From NCBI GenBank assembly GCA_001800245.1, contig MGVA01000043.1, positions 93,098 to 157,097 on the forward strand: a DNA stretch of 64,000 nt, given 5' to 3'. This document shows positions 35,490 through 44,328 of this stretch, in pieces (the first letter of the stretch is position 1; every line of letters begins with the position of its first letter). The notes under the pieces were generated by a model. It was not told the DNA's origin. It searched no databases and worked only from the letters and a program-made list of their open reading frames with translations. This stretch comes from Elusimicrobia bacterium RIFOXYA12_FULL_51_18. Lineage in GTDB: Bacteria > Elusimicrobiota > Elusimicrobia > Elusimicrobiales > UBA9959. The translations under genes and the position numbers were made by a program.

Positions 35490-35513
35490 CCAAAGCCAAC
35501 CAGCCGCCGTTAC
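35490..35513 (+). repeat. copy of module 'CCAAAGCCAACCAGCCGCC-GTTAC'
   Basis: Exact reverse complement of 33618-33636; overlaps the stop codon of the minus-strand TPR gene. Confidence 0.75.
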
Positions 35514-37252
35514 TTATTTTTTTTCTGCAGGGTTTCTAATCTTTCAAGGTTTAGGGCGGCGTTGCGGGAATCTGGGGATAGCTTTAGTGCCCTTTCAAAT
35601 AATCCTTTAGCCTCGGGGTAGCGGCCGTTATTGGCATAAATAATGCCGGTGTCGTTCATGGCTTGCGGATTATAAGGGTCTAGGCGCAGCAAAGTTTCAT
35701 ATACGGCCAGCGCTTCGATTTCTTTTTTCTGCCGCAGATAAAGCCCGGCCAGCGTAGTGTGGGCCGGCTCATTGCCAGGCGCGGACTCAATGGCGCGCTT
35801 CAGATCGCGTTCCGCCCCGGTAAGATCGCCCCCTTCTATAAGGAAGCACGCCTTGTTCACCAGAGCCTCGGAATTATCAGGATGCCGGGTAAGCAGGCGG
35901 TCCAATACCGCCTCTGCCCCGGTCTTGTCTCCGGTCTTCCAGAGGCTCAGCGCCAGGCCGTTCAGGTAAAGCGGGTTGTCGGGGTCCAGGCTTGAGACGC
36001 GCGTCAGGATGGCCCGGCTCTTTTCAAACTGCCCGGCCAGATAATACTCCCGCGCCAGATTGTAGAGCATGGGCTTTGAGCTGGAATAGCGTGCGGCGTG
36101 TTCGTAGATCCTGAGGTCCGTTGAGCGCAAACGGATGTTCGCATTGGCGGCCGCCAGCCAGAAAACAACCAGTCCCCCGGCGCAAACACCGGCCGCCGCT
36201 TTTTTGAGGTTGCCGCCTTCAAACAGGCGCGCGGCTATAACCGCCGCGGCCGCGTAAAGCCCTAGGTTTGAGAGATATGTCCAGTGTTCCAGCATCAGGT
36301 CGCCTCCGGCCAGGAGCGGAAACTTCGGCGCGAGGCTGAGAACATACCAGCCGAAAGCGAGAATTATAGCGCGCGGATTGTATTTCAGCAGGCCGAACAG
36401 GAAGGCGGCCCAAAGGGCATAGACCGCGTAAAACCATGGCGCGAAATCGGGCTGCATACGGTGGGAGTGCATATTGAGCGGGAGAAAAGCGTTCTTAATA
36501 TAGACGATTATTGCAGGCGGGATTTTTTTGCCGGCCTGGAACAAAAATGCCGCCGCGCCGGTATCAAAAGGCCCCGCGCCGGTCGCGGCGTGCCTGAGCC
36601 AGAGATAAAAAGGAATGGGTAAAAGAAAAGGCAGCAGTTTCAGATATTCCCGTTTGTCCTTCCCAAGGAACCAGAGTGAGAGCGCCGTCAGCAACGGCGT
36701 AATGATCCCGTTCTCCTTGAAACCCAAAGCCATCAGGAACGTCGTAAACGAAAGCGCGTAGCTCCGCCTTAAAAAAAACAGCACGGAAGCCAGCGTGAAA
36801 GCGGAAGAAGCCAGTTCCGCCCTGCCCGCCACTATTATCAGCTGCTCTATGCCTGTCGGGTTGACGGCGAAGAATAGCGCCGTCAGCGAAGCGGCGGCCG
36901 AGCCCAGTCCCAATTCCGCCATAAGCAGGAACGCCAGCAGCGTTGCGGCGGAGTGGAATAGCAGATTGGTCAGGTGATAGCCGAAAGGGTTCAGCCGCCA
37001 GACGGAAAAATCCGCCATATTGCTCAAGGTCTGGAAGGGGCGGTAATAATTAAGGGCCTGGTTGAACGGGTCGGAAAAAAAAGCGTGCCGGAGGTTGGCA
37101 AGGGTCCAGGCTTTTACATAAGGATTAGCTTCTATGAACTGGTGGTCGTCCCAGATGAAGCCCAGTCCCAGAGTGGCGCCGTACGCCGCCGCGGCGGTCA
37201 GTGCGAGGCACGCCGCCAGGATCTTTTTTTTATGCTTGGCCGGTATTTCCAT
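35510..37252 (-). CDS. polytopic membrane protein with C-terminal TPR repeats (PMT/GT-C-like + TPR)
   Basis: N-terminal 'FIWDDHQFIEANPYV' and about 10 TM helices; C-terminal TPR units ('YLAGQFEKSRAIL...', 'ALKLSPDSRNA'). Confidence 0.7.
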   Translation of the reverse strand: MEIPAKHKKKILAACLALTAAAAYGATLGLGFIWDDHQFIEANPYVKAWTLANLRHAFFSDPFNQALNYYRPFQTLSNMADFSVWRLNPFGYHLTNLLFHSAATLLAFLLMAELGLGSAAASLTALFFAVNPTGIEQLIIVAGRAELASSAFTLASVLFFLRRSYALSFTTFLMALGFKENGIITPLLTALSLWFLGKDKREYLKLLPFLLPIPFYLWLRHAATGAGPFDTGAAAFLFQAGKKIPPAIIVYIKNAFLPLNMHSHRMQPDFAPWFYAVYALWAAFLFGLLKYNPRAIILAFGWYVLSLAPKFPLLAGGDLMLEHWTYLSNLGLYAAAAVIAARLFEGGNLKKAAAGVCAGGLVVFWLAAANANIRLRSTDLRIYEHAARYSSSKPMLYNLAREYYLAGQFEKSRAILTRVSSLDPDNPLYLNGLALSLWKTGDKTGAEAVLDRLLTRHPDNSEALVNKACFLIEGGDLTGAERDLKRAIESAPGNEPAHTTLAGLYLRQKKEIEALAVYETLLRLDPYNPQAMNDTGIIYANNGRYPEAKGLFERALKLSPDSRNAALNLERLETLQKKNK

Positions 37253-37383
37253 AAAGAGTTTCCCGCGTACGCTGTGCCTTGGCCTGGTGTTTGAAGCGCG
37301 GGATAATAATCAAGTATACTTTAAGGATAGCCGTATTATCAATAAAACCATTTATTGGTTGCCGGGCGAGGCCGCTTGATCCC

Positions 37384-38151
37384 ATGAATAATTATAAGAT
37401 CCCCGATGGCACCGAAGTTTATTGGGACGCTGTTCTTTACGATGCGGAAGACAAGCAATCGCAGAACGATCTGTCATTTTATCTTGCCGCGGCTAAAAAA
37501 GCCCGCGGCCCGGTACTGGAACTTGCCTGCGGCACCGGCCGGCTGACCCTTGCGCTTGCCCGCGCCGGTATAAATATTGCCGGCCTTGATGTTTCCCAAG
37601 CCATGCTTGAGCAGGCCCGCAAAAAGGCCGTTAAAGAGGGTCTTAAGGCGGATCTTATCCGTGGGGACGCCAGATCATTCCGCTTGAAAAGAAAATTTAA
37701 GCTCATTTTTATACCTTTCAATTCCATGCAGCACCTCTCCGATCTGAGTTCGCTGGAACGTTTCTTCGCCTCGGTCCGCGCGCATCTGGCGCCGGGCGGG
37801 CGGTTTATGCTGGACGTATTCAATCCCCATCCGCATTATCTTGTGCGGGATAGCGAAGAGCGCCTGCCGGTGTCCTGCTATAAAGATCCCCGCGGCAAGG
37901 AACAGATACTGGTGGAAGAACAATATTCCTATGACAGAGCCGCTCAGGTTTCGCGCATTACCTGGCATTATATCCGCGGCCGGAAGCGGTTCGCTTCCAA
38001 AAGACTCAATATGCGGTGTTTCTTCCCGCAGGAATTGGACGCTCTCCTGCGTTACAACGGTTTTAAAATCCTCAAAAAGTACGGCGATTTTAATCTTGAG
38101 CCATTTACGGGCGCCAGCTCTAAACAGATAGTGATCTGCCGGAAAACCTGA
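37384..38151 (+). CDS. class I SAM-dependent methyltransferase
   Basis: Start at 'MNNYKIPDG'; motif I 'VLELACGTGRLT'; 'FIPFNSMQHL'. Confidence 0.7.
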   Translation: MNNYKIPDGTEVYWDAVLYDAEDKQSQNDLSFYLAAAKKARGPVLELACGTGRLTLALARAGINIAGLDVSQAMLEQARKKAVKEGLKADLIRGDARSFRLKRKFKLIFIPFNSMQHLSDLSSLERFFASVRAHLAPGGRFMLDVFNPHPHYLVRDSEERLPVSCYKDPRGKEQILVEEQYSYDRAAQVSRITWHYIRGRKRFASKRLNMRCFFPQELDALLRYNGFKILKKYGDFNLEPFTGASSKQIVICRKT

Positions 38152-38194
38152 AATTATTGAAAAAAGGCCCACAATTTGGTATCCTTAACCTACT

Positions 38195-38500
38195 ATGATC
38201 ACATATGAATTAATGCTTATTATAAATCCACAGGTTTCCGATGCTGAAGCCGCTGAGATTGTGGAAAAGGCCAAGAAGATCTTGACCGATGAAAAAGCCG
38301 AGATACTCAATGAAGACAGGCTCGGCAGGAAAAAGTTTTCCCATCCGATCGGCAAGAACAGGGACGGCTTTTATGTCTATATGAAAGTCAAGGCCGCGCC
38401 CGGGTCTGTGAAGAATATCAATCATAATCTCAAACTGCAGGAATCCATCCTTAGAGCTATGATGCTCAAGACGGTTCTTGAACCCGTTAAAAAAGCCTGA
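38195..38500 (+). CDS. rpsF: 30S ribosomal protein S6
   Basis: 'YELMLIINP...' and position before ssb-rpsR. Confidence 0.9.
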   Translation: MITYELMLIINPQVSDAEAAEIVEKAKKILTDEKAEILNEDRLGRKKFSHPIGKNRDGFYVYMKVKAAPGSVKNINHNLKLQESILRAMMLKTVLEPVKKA

Positions 38501-38523
38501 TAGGGGGCTGAAGCGGGGGACTT

Positions 38524-38967
38524 ATGAATATCAGGATTCCTGAACAGAATTATGTTCTGATCGCCGGGCGTCTTACCCGCGATCCGGAACTGCGGTTCAC
38601 CCAGAAAGGGCTGCCCGTATGCAGCTTTGACGTAGCCGTCAACCGGCGCTATAAAGACCAAGCCACCGGCGAATGGAAGGATGACACGACTTATGTGCCG
38701 GTCACCGTCTGGGGCCCGATGGGTGAGAAATGCAAGGAAAGAGTAAAAAAAGGCAGCCCTGTCCATGTGGAAGGGAGATTGTCCAGTTCCGATTACGTGG
38801 ATAAGACCGGCCAGAAACGCAAGGTGATCCGTCTCGTGGCCAAAAGGGTGCAGTTCCTGGCCGTCGCAACGCCCGGAGAAACTTCCGGCGCGCCGGAAAC
38901 CGCCGAGACCGAAGCCGCAACCGACAAGGCCTCGGATTCGTCCGGCATAGAAGAAGTGCCGTTTTAG
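38524..38967 (+). CDS. ssb: single-stranded DNA-binding protein
   Basis: OB-fold 'NYVLIAGRLTRDPELRFT', acidic tail ending 'IEEVPF'. Confidence 0.9.
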   Translation: MNIRIPEQNYVLIAGRLTRDPELRFTQKGLPVCSFDVAVNRRYKDQATGEWKDDTTYVPVTVWGPMGEKCKERVKKGSPVHVEGRLSSSDYVDKTGQKRKVIRLVAKRVQFLAVATPGETSGAPETAETEAATDKASDSSGIEEVPF

Positions 38968-39054
38968 AGAACACACTGAATATCACAGATAGTGCCCGGG
39001 TTGATCTTGCGATTCTCGCTCCGCTCAAATCTGTGTTTTAAAGAGGAATAAATT

Positions 39055-39369
39055 ATGATCAATGAACCTAAGAAGGAATTTAACAGCCCGGATTCTTCCG
39101 CCCAGCGGCCTGCCGCAAGGGAAGACGGGCCGCGGCGCCCATTCGGCCCCCGGAAGCATTTCGCCCCCAGGAGGAAGTCCTGCCGGCTCTGCGCCGAGAA
39201 GATCCCTCATGTGGATTATAAGCAGCTTCAGATAGTGAAGAGTTTCTGCACCGATGGCGGAAAGATCCTTTCCAGAAGGATAACCGGCGCGTGCTGCAAG
39301 CATCAGCGCCAGTTGGCCAAGGCGGTTAAAGTCAACAGGAATCTTGCCATACTGCCTTATTCCGGCTGA
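39055..39369 (+). CDS. rpsR: 30S ribosomal protein S18
   Basis: 'CRLCAEKIPHVDYKQLQIVKSF...KILSRRITGACCKHQRQLAKAVK'. Confidence 0.9.
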   Translation: MINEPKKEFNSPDSSAQRPAAREDGPRRPFGPRKHFAPRRKSCRLCAEKIPHVDYKQLQIVKSFCTDGGKILSRRITGACCKHQRQLAKAVKVNRNLAILPYSG

Positions 39370-39455
39370 TAAGGGGCGGTCACGGGTCGAAGGAAACGGT
39401 TTGCGGACTTGAAATACCGTGACTTGCGATCTATCTAATATCATTATGGAATCCG

Positions 39456-39491
39456 CCCGCCGGTCCGGCGGACGCCCGTTGAAATAGCGGG
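39456..39491 (+). repeat. 36-nt twin-hairpin repeat (copy 1)
   Basis: 35/36 identical to 61607-61642; CCGCC-GGTCC-GGCGG and CGCCCG-TTGAAATAG-CGGG hairpins. Confidence 0.8.
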
Positions 39492-39517
39492 AGAATTCCA
39501 GTTAAGGGAGCCCTCAA

Positions 39518-39967
39518 ATGAAAGTAATTCTCAAAAAAGACATCGCCAGCCTCGGTAAAACCGGCGAGATCAAAACAGTGCGCGACGGCTATGGGCGGAA
39601 CTTCCTGATGCCGCGCGGCCTGGCCGAAACCGCCACTCCCGGAGCCATGAAAGCCTGGAAGAACAGCGAAACCAGAAGAAACAAGAGGATCTCGGTGGAG
39701 AACTCCGGCCTTCAGGCCCTTGCCGTAAAGATCTCCGCTATCACGCTTTCCTTCTCCAGGCCCGTTTCCGAAGAGGGCGCTATGTTCGGGTCGGTCGCCA
39801 AGAGCGATATCATAAAGAACCTGGCCGCCGCCGACATAAAGGTGCACAAGGACATGATCAAACTGCCGGCTTCCATAAAAGCCGTGGGCAGTTTTGAAGT
39901 GGATATCGCGCTAAAGCCGGAGATCCTGGCTAAAGTCAAGATTTCCGTCACCGCCCAGAAGAAATAG
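39518..39967 (+). CDS. rplI: 50S ribosomal protein L9
   Basis: '[30 protein letters not shown]'. Confidence 0.9.
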   Translation: MKVILKKDIASLGKTGEIKTVRDGYGRNFLMPRGLAETATPGAMKAWKNSETRRNKRISVENSGLQALAVKISAITLSFSRPVSEEGAMFGSVAKSDIIKNLAAADIKVHKDMIKLPASIKAVGSFEVDIALKPEILAKVKISVTAQKK

Positions 39968-40068
39968 CGGTAAAGGGAAATAGCGAAATAGTGATCGGGG
40001 TAAGAGTTCCAAGCTTGATAACCTGATTCGGATTGCGTGGTTTCGCGCCGCTGTTCTTTTTCAAGCCT

Positions 40069-41463
40069 ATGACCTATACAAAGGTTCCGCCGCATTCTAT
40101 TGAGGCTGAAATGGCCGTTTTGGGGGCCATGCTTATAGAGAAAGAAGTCATAAGCACGGTCACCGAGATCATCCAGCCCAAACATTTCTACAGCGAGATA
40201 CATCGCAGGATCTACGAAGCCATCACCGACCTGTACAACCGCAACCAGCCGGTTGATATCGTCACGCTTTCCGACGAACTTAAAAAGAACAATAAGCTTG
40301 AGGAACTGGGCGGCCAAAAATATCTTTCCGACCTCATGGAAAAAGTTTCCACCGCGGCCCATACTCAGGCCTACGCCCAGTTGGTCAAAGAGAAGGCCCT
40401 GCTCCGTGAGCTTATCCGCGTCTCCACCACCGTCATAGAAAAATCTTTCGAGAATGTGGACGAGGTGGAGAACATCCTGGACTATGCCCAGGAGCAGATC
40501 ATAGACGTCGCCCAGACAAATACAGACCACGGCTTCTACTCGGCGCACGATCTGGCCCACGAGGTGCTTGAGCGGCTTGAAAAAGCGCACGGCGAGCACA
40601 ATAACGTGACCGGCGTGCCTACCGGCTTTCACAAGTTTGATGATATGACCGCCGGCCTGCAGAAATCCGACCTGGTCATACTGGCGGCCCGTCCCAGTCA
40701 GGGCAAGACCGCTATGGCCCTTAACATGGCCTATCACGCGGCCGTGGACGATACGAACAAGCCGCAGATCCCGGTGGCTGTTTTTTCGCTTGAAATGGAC
40801 AAACACGCCATTTTCCAGCGCATGCTCTGCTCGGCGGCCGGGGCGGACCTTGGTAAGATACGCAAGGGGTATTTTGCCAGGGAAGTATGGAGCGATCTGA
40901 CCAGATTCTCAGGCAAGATCGCCGGCGCTCCGCTTTGGATAGACGATACGCCCGGCCTGAATATCCTGGATATCCGTTCCCGGACCAGGAAACTGCAGAG
41001 CCTGCTTAAAAATCAGAACAAAACACTGGGCCTGATCATAATAGACTACATACAGCTGATACGCGGCACAGGCCGGCTGGAGAGCCGCCAGCAGGAAGTT
41101 TCGGAGATATCCCGGCTTTTAAAAGATCTGGCCAGATCGCTTCATGTCCCCGTGCTGGCGCTTTCCCAGCTTAACCGCCGCAGTGAAGATAAGGGGCGCG
41201 AAGGCAACCGGCCGCAGCTCTCCGATCTGCGCGAGTCGGGCTCGCTTGAACAGGACGCCGATGTTGTGGCTTTGATACATCGGCCTGAATATTATAACCG
41301 GGAAGATCCGACCCTCAAGAACCAGGCTTCTTTGATCATAGCCAAACAGCGCAACGGCCCCGTCGGTGACGTGCCGCTCTATTTCAGGCCGGAATTGACC
41401 AGATTTGAAAATCCGCAAATGCCCGGTACCGAGATCGTAGCGGAAGAAGAAGCTATTCTTTAA
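40069..41463 (+). CDS. dnaB: replicative DNA helicase
   Basis: 'PPHSIEAEMAVLGAML', Walker A 'ARPSQGKTA', 'IIIDYIQL', 'LSQLNR'. Confidence 0.95.
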   Translation: MTYTKVPPHSIEAEMAVLGAMLIEKEVISTVTEIIQPKHFYSEIHRRIYEAITDLYNRNQPVDIVTLSDELKKNNKLEELGGQKYLSDLMEKVSTAAHTQAYAQLVKEKALLRELIRVSTTVIEKSFENVDEVENILDYAQEQIIDVAQTNTDHGFYSAHDLAHEVLERLEKAHGEHNNVTGVPTGFHKFDDMTAGLQKSDLVILAARPSQGKTAMALNMAYHAAVDDTNKPQIPVAVFSLEMDKHAIFQRMLCSAAGADLGKIRKGYFAREVWSDLTRFSGKIAGAPLWIDDTPGLNILDIRSRTRKLQSLLKNQNKTLGLIIIDYIQLIRGTGRLESRQQEVSEISRLLKDLARSLHVPVLALSQLNRRSEDKGREGNRPQLSDLRESGSLEQDADVVALIHRPEYYNREDPTLKNQASLIIAKQRNGPVGDVPLYFRPELTRFENPQMPGTEIVAEEEAIL

Positions 41464-41612
41464 ACCCCGCTCCGGAGCGCTGGGGTTAAAGTGCTTAGCA
41501 AAAGCGGTGTTCGCTCCTTTTGCTGTCACAAGTCACAGTCACCAGTAACTGGAAATATCAAGAAAACTTCTTAAGAATTTGTGACTTGTGACCGGTGTCT
41601 TGTGACTTTCTT

Positions 41613-42719
41613 ATGCCGAACAAGAATTTCCTTCGTCCGACCTGGGCGGAGATCAAACTCCCCGCGCTTAGAAGTAATCTCCTTAAAATACAGGATATCA
41701 TAGGCCCCCGCGCGAAATTGATGTTCGTGGTAAAGGCCGACGCCTACGGCCATGGGGCGGTGAAAGCCGCCGGCTTTGCGGAACGCGAGAAGCTGGCGTG
41801 GGGTTTCGGCGTCTCCTCCGTGGAGGAAGGGGCGGTCCTGCGCGGTGCCGGAATTGTTTCCCCGATCCTGATCCTTGGCGGTCTTTACCCCTTTAATAGT
41901 TTCGTGGAAGCCATAAATCTGGACCTGATGGTGACTATTTCCAGCCTTGACGCCGCGCGGCAGGTCATAGAGGCCTCGCGCTCGCTGGGGAAAAAAGCCG
42001 CCTGTCATATAAAGCTTGAAACCGGAATGGGCCGCATAGGCGCCAGGAAACCTTCGGTAATAAAAATATTCGAAGAGTTGTCCGGCTCCCGGAATGTGGT
42101 GATAGGCGGCCTTTATACCCATCTGGCATGCGCGGACAGCGACCCGGAATTCACCGCCAAACAGCTGGGGTATTTCGCGGAAACGGCGGGCGAACTCGCC
42201 AAGTATGGCGTCAACGGTGTGATCAGGCATGCCGCCAATTCGGCCGGTCTGGTGGCCTACCCCGGCAGCCGCTGGGAGATGGTCCGCGCGGGGCTGGCCG
42301 CCTACGGCTTGATGGAGGGCTTTGAACCGGTGCTGTCCTGGAAGACCAAAATAATATTTATAAAGACAGTGCGCGAAGGCGCCTATGTAAGTTACGGCAA
42401 ATCTTTTAAAGCGCCCCGCCCCATGAAGGTCGCCACCATTCCTGTCGGTTATGGCGACGGTTATGTGCGGAGGTTATCCAATAAAGCCTCCGTGCTGGTC
42501 GCGGGGCGGAAATGCCCGGTGATAGGCAATGTGACCATGGATATGACCATGATAGACGTCACCGACATCGGCGACGCCGGGGTCGGGTCCGATGTCGTTC
42601 TTATCGGGCGCCAGGGCGGCGATGAGGTCGGCGCCCGCGAATTGGCGGAGCTGGCCGGCACCATTCCTTACGAGGTTGTGACCCTTATAACCTCCAGGGT
42701 GCCCAGGATCCACATATGA
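41613..42719 (+). CDS. alr: alanine racemase
   Basis: PLP-lysine 'VVKADAYGHG', 'PVGYGDGY', C-terminal 'RVPR'. Confidence 0.9.
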   Translation: MPNKNFLRPTWAEIKLPALRSNLLKIQDIIGPRAKLMFVVKADAYGHGAVKAAGFAEREKLAWGFGVSSVEEGAVLRGAGIVSPILILGGLYPFNSFVEAINLDLMVTISSLDAARQVIEASRSLGKKAACHIKLETGMGRIGARKPSVIKIFEELSGSRNVVIGGLYTHLACADSDPEFTAKQLGYFAETAGELAKYGVNGVIRHAANSAGLVAYPGSRWEMVRAGLAAYGLMEGFEPVLSWKTKIIFIKTVREGAYVSYGKSFKAPRPMKVATIPVGYGDGYVRRLSNKASVLVAGRKCPVIGNVTMDMTMIDVTDIGDAGVGSDVVLIGRQGGDEVGARELAELAGTIPYEVVTLITSRVPRIHI

Positions 42720-43507
42720 GACATTATATTTCAGAAGGCGTAGGCCGCCGCATGATGTCGCTGGCCCAGAAGATGGGCGCCGTCTCTCTGATGATAAAAT
42801 CGCTTATTGTCTGGTCTTTCAGGGCGAAACCGGAAACCCGAGAGATCGTGAAACAATCCGTGCGCATAGGCGTGGACTCGCTTTCCGTTACGATCCTGAC
42901 CAGTTTTTTCACCGGCATGGTGCTTGCTCTTCAGATGGGTTACACTTCAAAATATCTGTTCAATGAGCCGCTCTACATCGGTACCATGGTCGCGTTTTCT
43001 CTGGTCAAGGAGCTGGCCCCGGTTTTGACGTCCATCGTGGTGGCGGGCCGCGTGGGCGCGTCCGTTACGGCCGAGATAGGCACCATGAAGGTAACCGAGC
43101 AGATAGACGCCCTCTACACTTTAGGGACCAACCCCACCCGGTATCTCCTTATCCCCAGGTATGCCGCCTTCCTGATAACCATCCCTCTTTTGACGGTCTT
43201 CGCCGATTTTATGGGTATTTTCGGCGGCTTTCTGGTGAGTAATATAAAATTCAGCGTTCCCAGCTCGGTGTATTGGAACGATATCTTCACCTTTATGGAA
43301 ATAAAAAATTTCATGCACGGGTTCGTTAAAACTTTCGCGTTCGCTTTTATGATAGTCACCGTTTCCTGTTATAAGGGCCTTACCTGCGAAGAGGGGGCTG
43401 AAGGAGTGGGCAAAGCCACCACGGAATCCGTGGTTACGAGCATGGTGTTGGTGATGGTGCTGGACTATTTTATAAGCGCCGCGCTGGTCGCGGTCGGGCT
43501 GATATGA
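42716..43507 (+). CDS. mlaE: phospholipid ABC transporter permease MlaE
   Basis: 263 aa, MlaE-type TM pattern; ATGA overlap with alr and with mlaF. Confidence 0.85.
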   Translation: MRHYISEGVGRRMMSLAQKMGAVSLMIKSLIVWSFRAKPETREIVKQSVRIGVDSLSVTILTSFFTGMVLALQMGYTSKYLFNEPLYIGTMVAFSLVKELAPVLTSIVVAGRVGASVTAEIGTMKVTEQIDALYTLGTNPTRYLLIPRYAAFLITIPLLTVFADFMGIFGGFLVSNIKFSVPSSVYWNDIFTFMEIKNFMHGFVKTFAFAFMIVTVSCYKGLTCEEGAEGVGKATTESVVTSMVLVMVLDYFISAALVAVGLI

Positions 43508-44286
43508 TAGAAATTAAAAATCTAACCAAGATCTATTCCGGGAGGAAGGTGCTGGATGATGCCTGCATCTCCATAAACAGCGGAGAGATCTTCAGCGTCA
43601 TCGGCCCTTCTGGCTGCGGCAAAAGCACGCTTTTAAAATGCATCGTGAGGCTCATAAAACCGGAGTCGGGGCGGATCCTGGTGGACGGCAAAAACGTCGT
43701 GGATATAGACGACGAGTTCGAACTGGCAAAAATACGCAAGGATTTCGGCTACCTGTTCCAGGGCGGGGCGCTTTTTGACTCGCTTACGGTAATGGAGAAT
43801 ATAACTTTTGGGTTGAAATATCTGACCGATATCCCCAAAAGCGAATATCCCCGCATAGCCAGGGAAAAACTCGCCCTTGTGGGGCTTGAGAAAGCGGAGA
43901 ATATCAAACCCGCCGAACTTTCCGGCGGCATGAAAAAACGGGCCGCGCTGGCCCGCGCCATAGCGGCGGAACCTAAATACATCTTATATGATGAACCGAC
44001 CACGGGTCTGGACCCCATAACCTCCGACATGATCCTGGGCCTTATCAGCGACATGGCCGCCAAGCTTAAGATAACCTCTATCATAGTCACGCACGACATA
44101 AAGCTGGCGTTCACCATTTCAAACAGGATCGCCATGCTGGATAAAGGAAATTTTGAGATCTCCGGAACCCCGGAAGAACTGCGGAGATCTTCAAGTCCGG
44201 TTTTTAAAAAATTCACGGATGACGCGCTCTCTTCGGATGTCCAGGGGCGCCGGCACGATCTTGAGGTAAAACACAAGCAGTATTAA
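43504..44286 (+). CDS. mlaF: phospholipid ABC transporter ATPase MlaF
   Basis: Walker A 'GPSGCGKST', signature 'LSGGMKKR', Walker B 'ILYDEP'. Confidence 0.85.
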   Translation: MIEIKNLTKIYSGRKVLDDACISINSGEIFSVIGPSGCGKSTLLKCIVRLIKPESGRILVDGKNVVDIDDEFELAKIRKDFGYLFQGGALFDSLTVMENITFGLKYLTDIPKSEYPRIAREKLALVGLEKAENIKPAELSGGMKKRAALARAIAAEPKYILYDEPTTGLDPITSDMILGLISDMAAKLKITSIIVTHDIKLAFTISNRIAMLDKGNFEISGTPEELRRSSSPVFKKFTDDALSSDVQGRRHDLEVKHKQY

Positions 44287-44328
44287 TGACTGCTCTTTAT
44301 TATTTATAATATTAAGGCGAGCATATAT

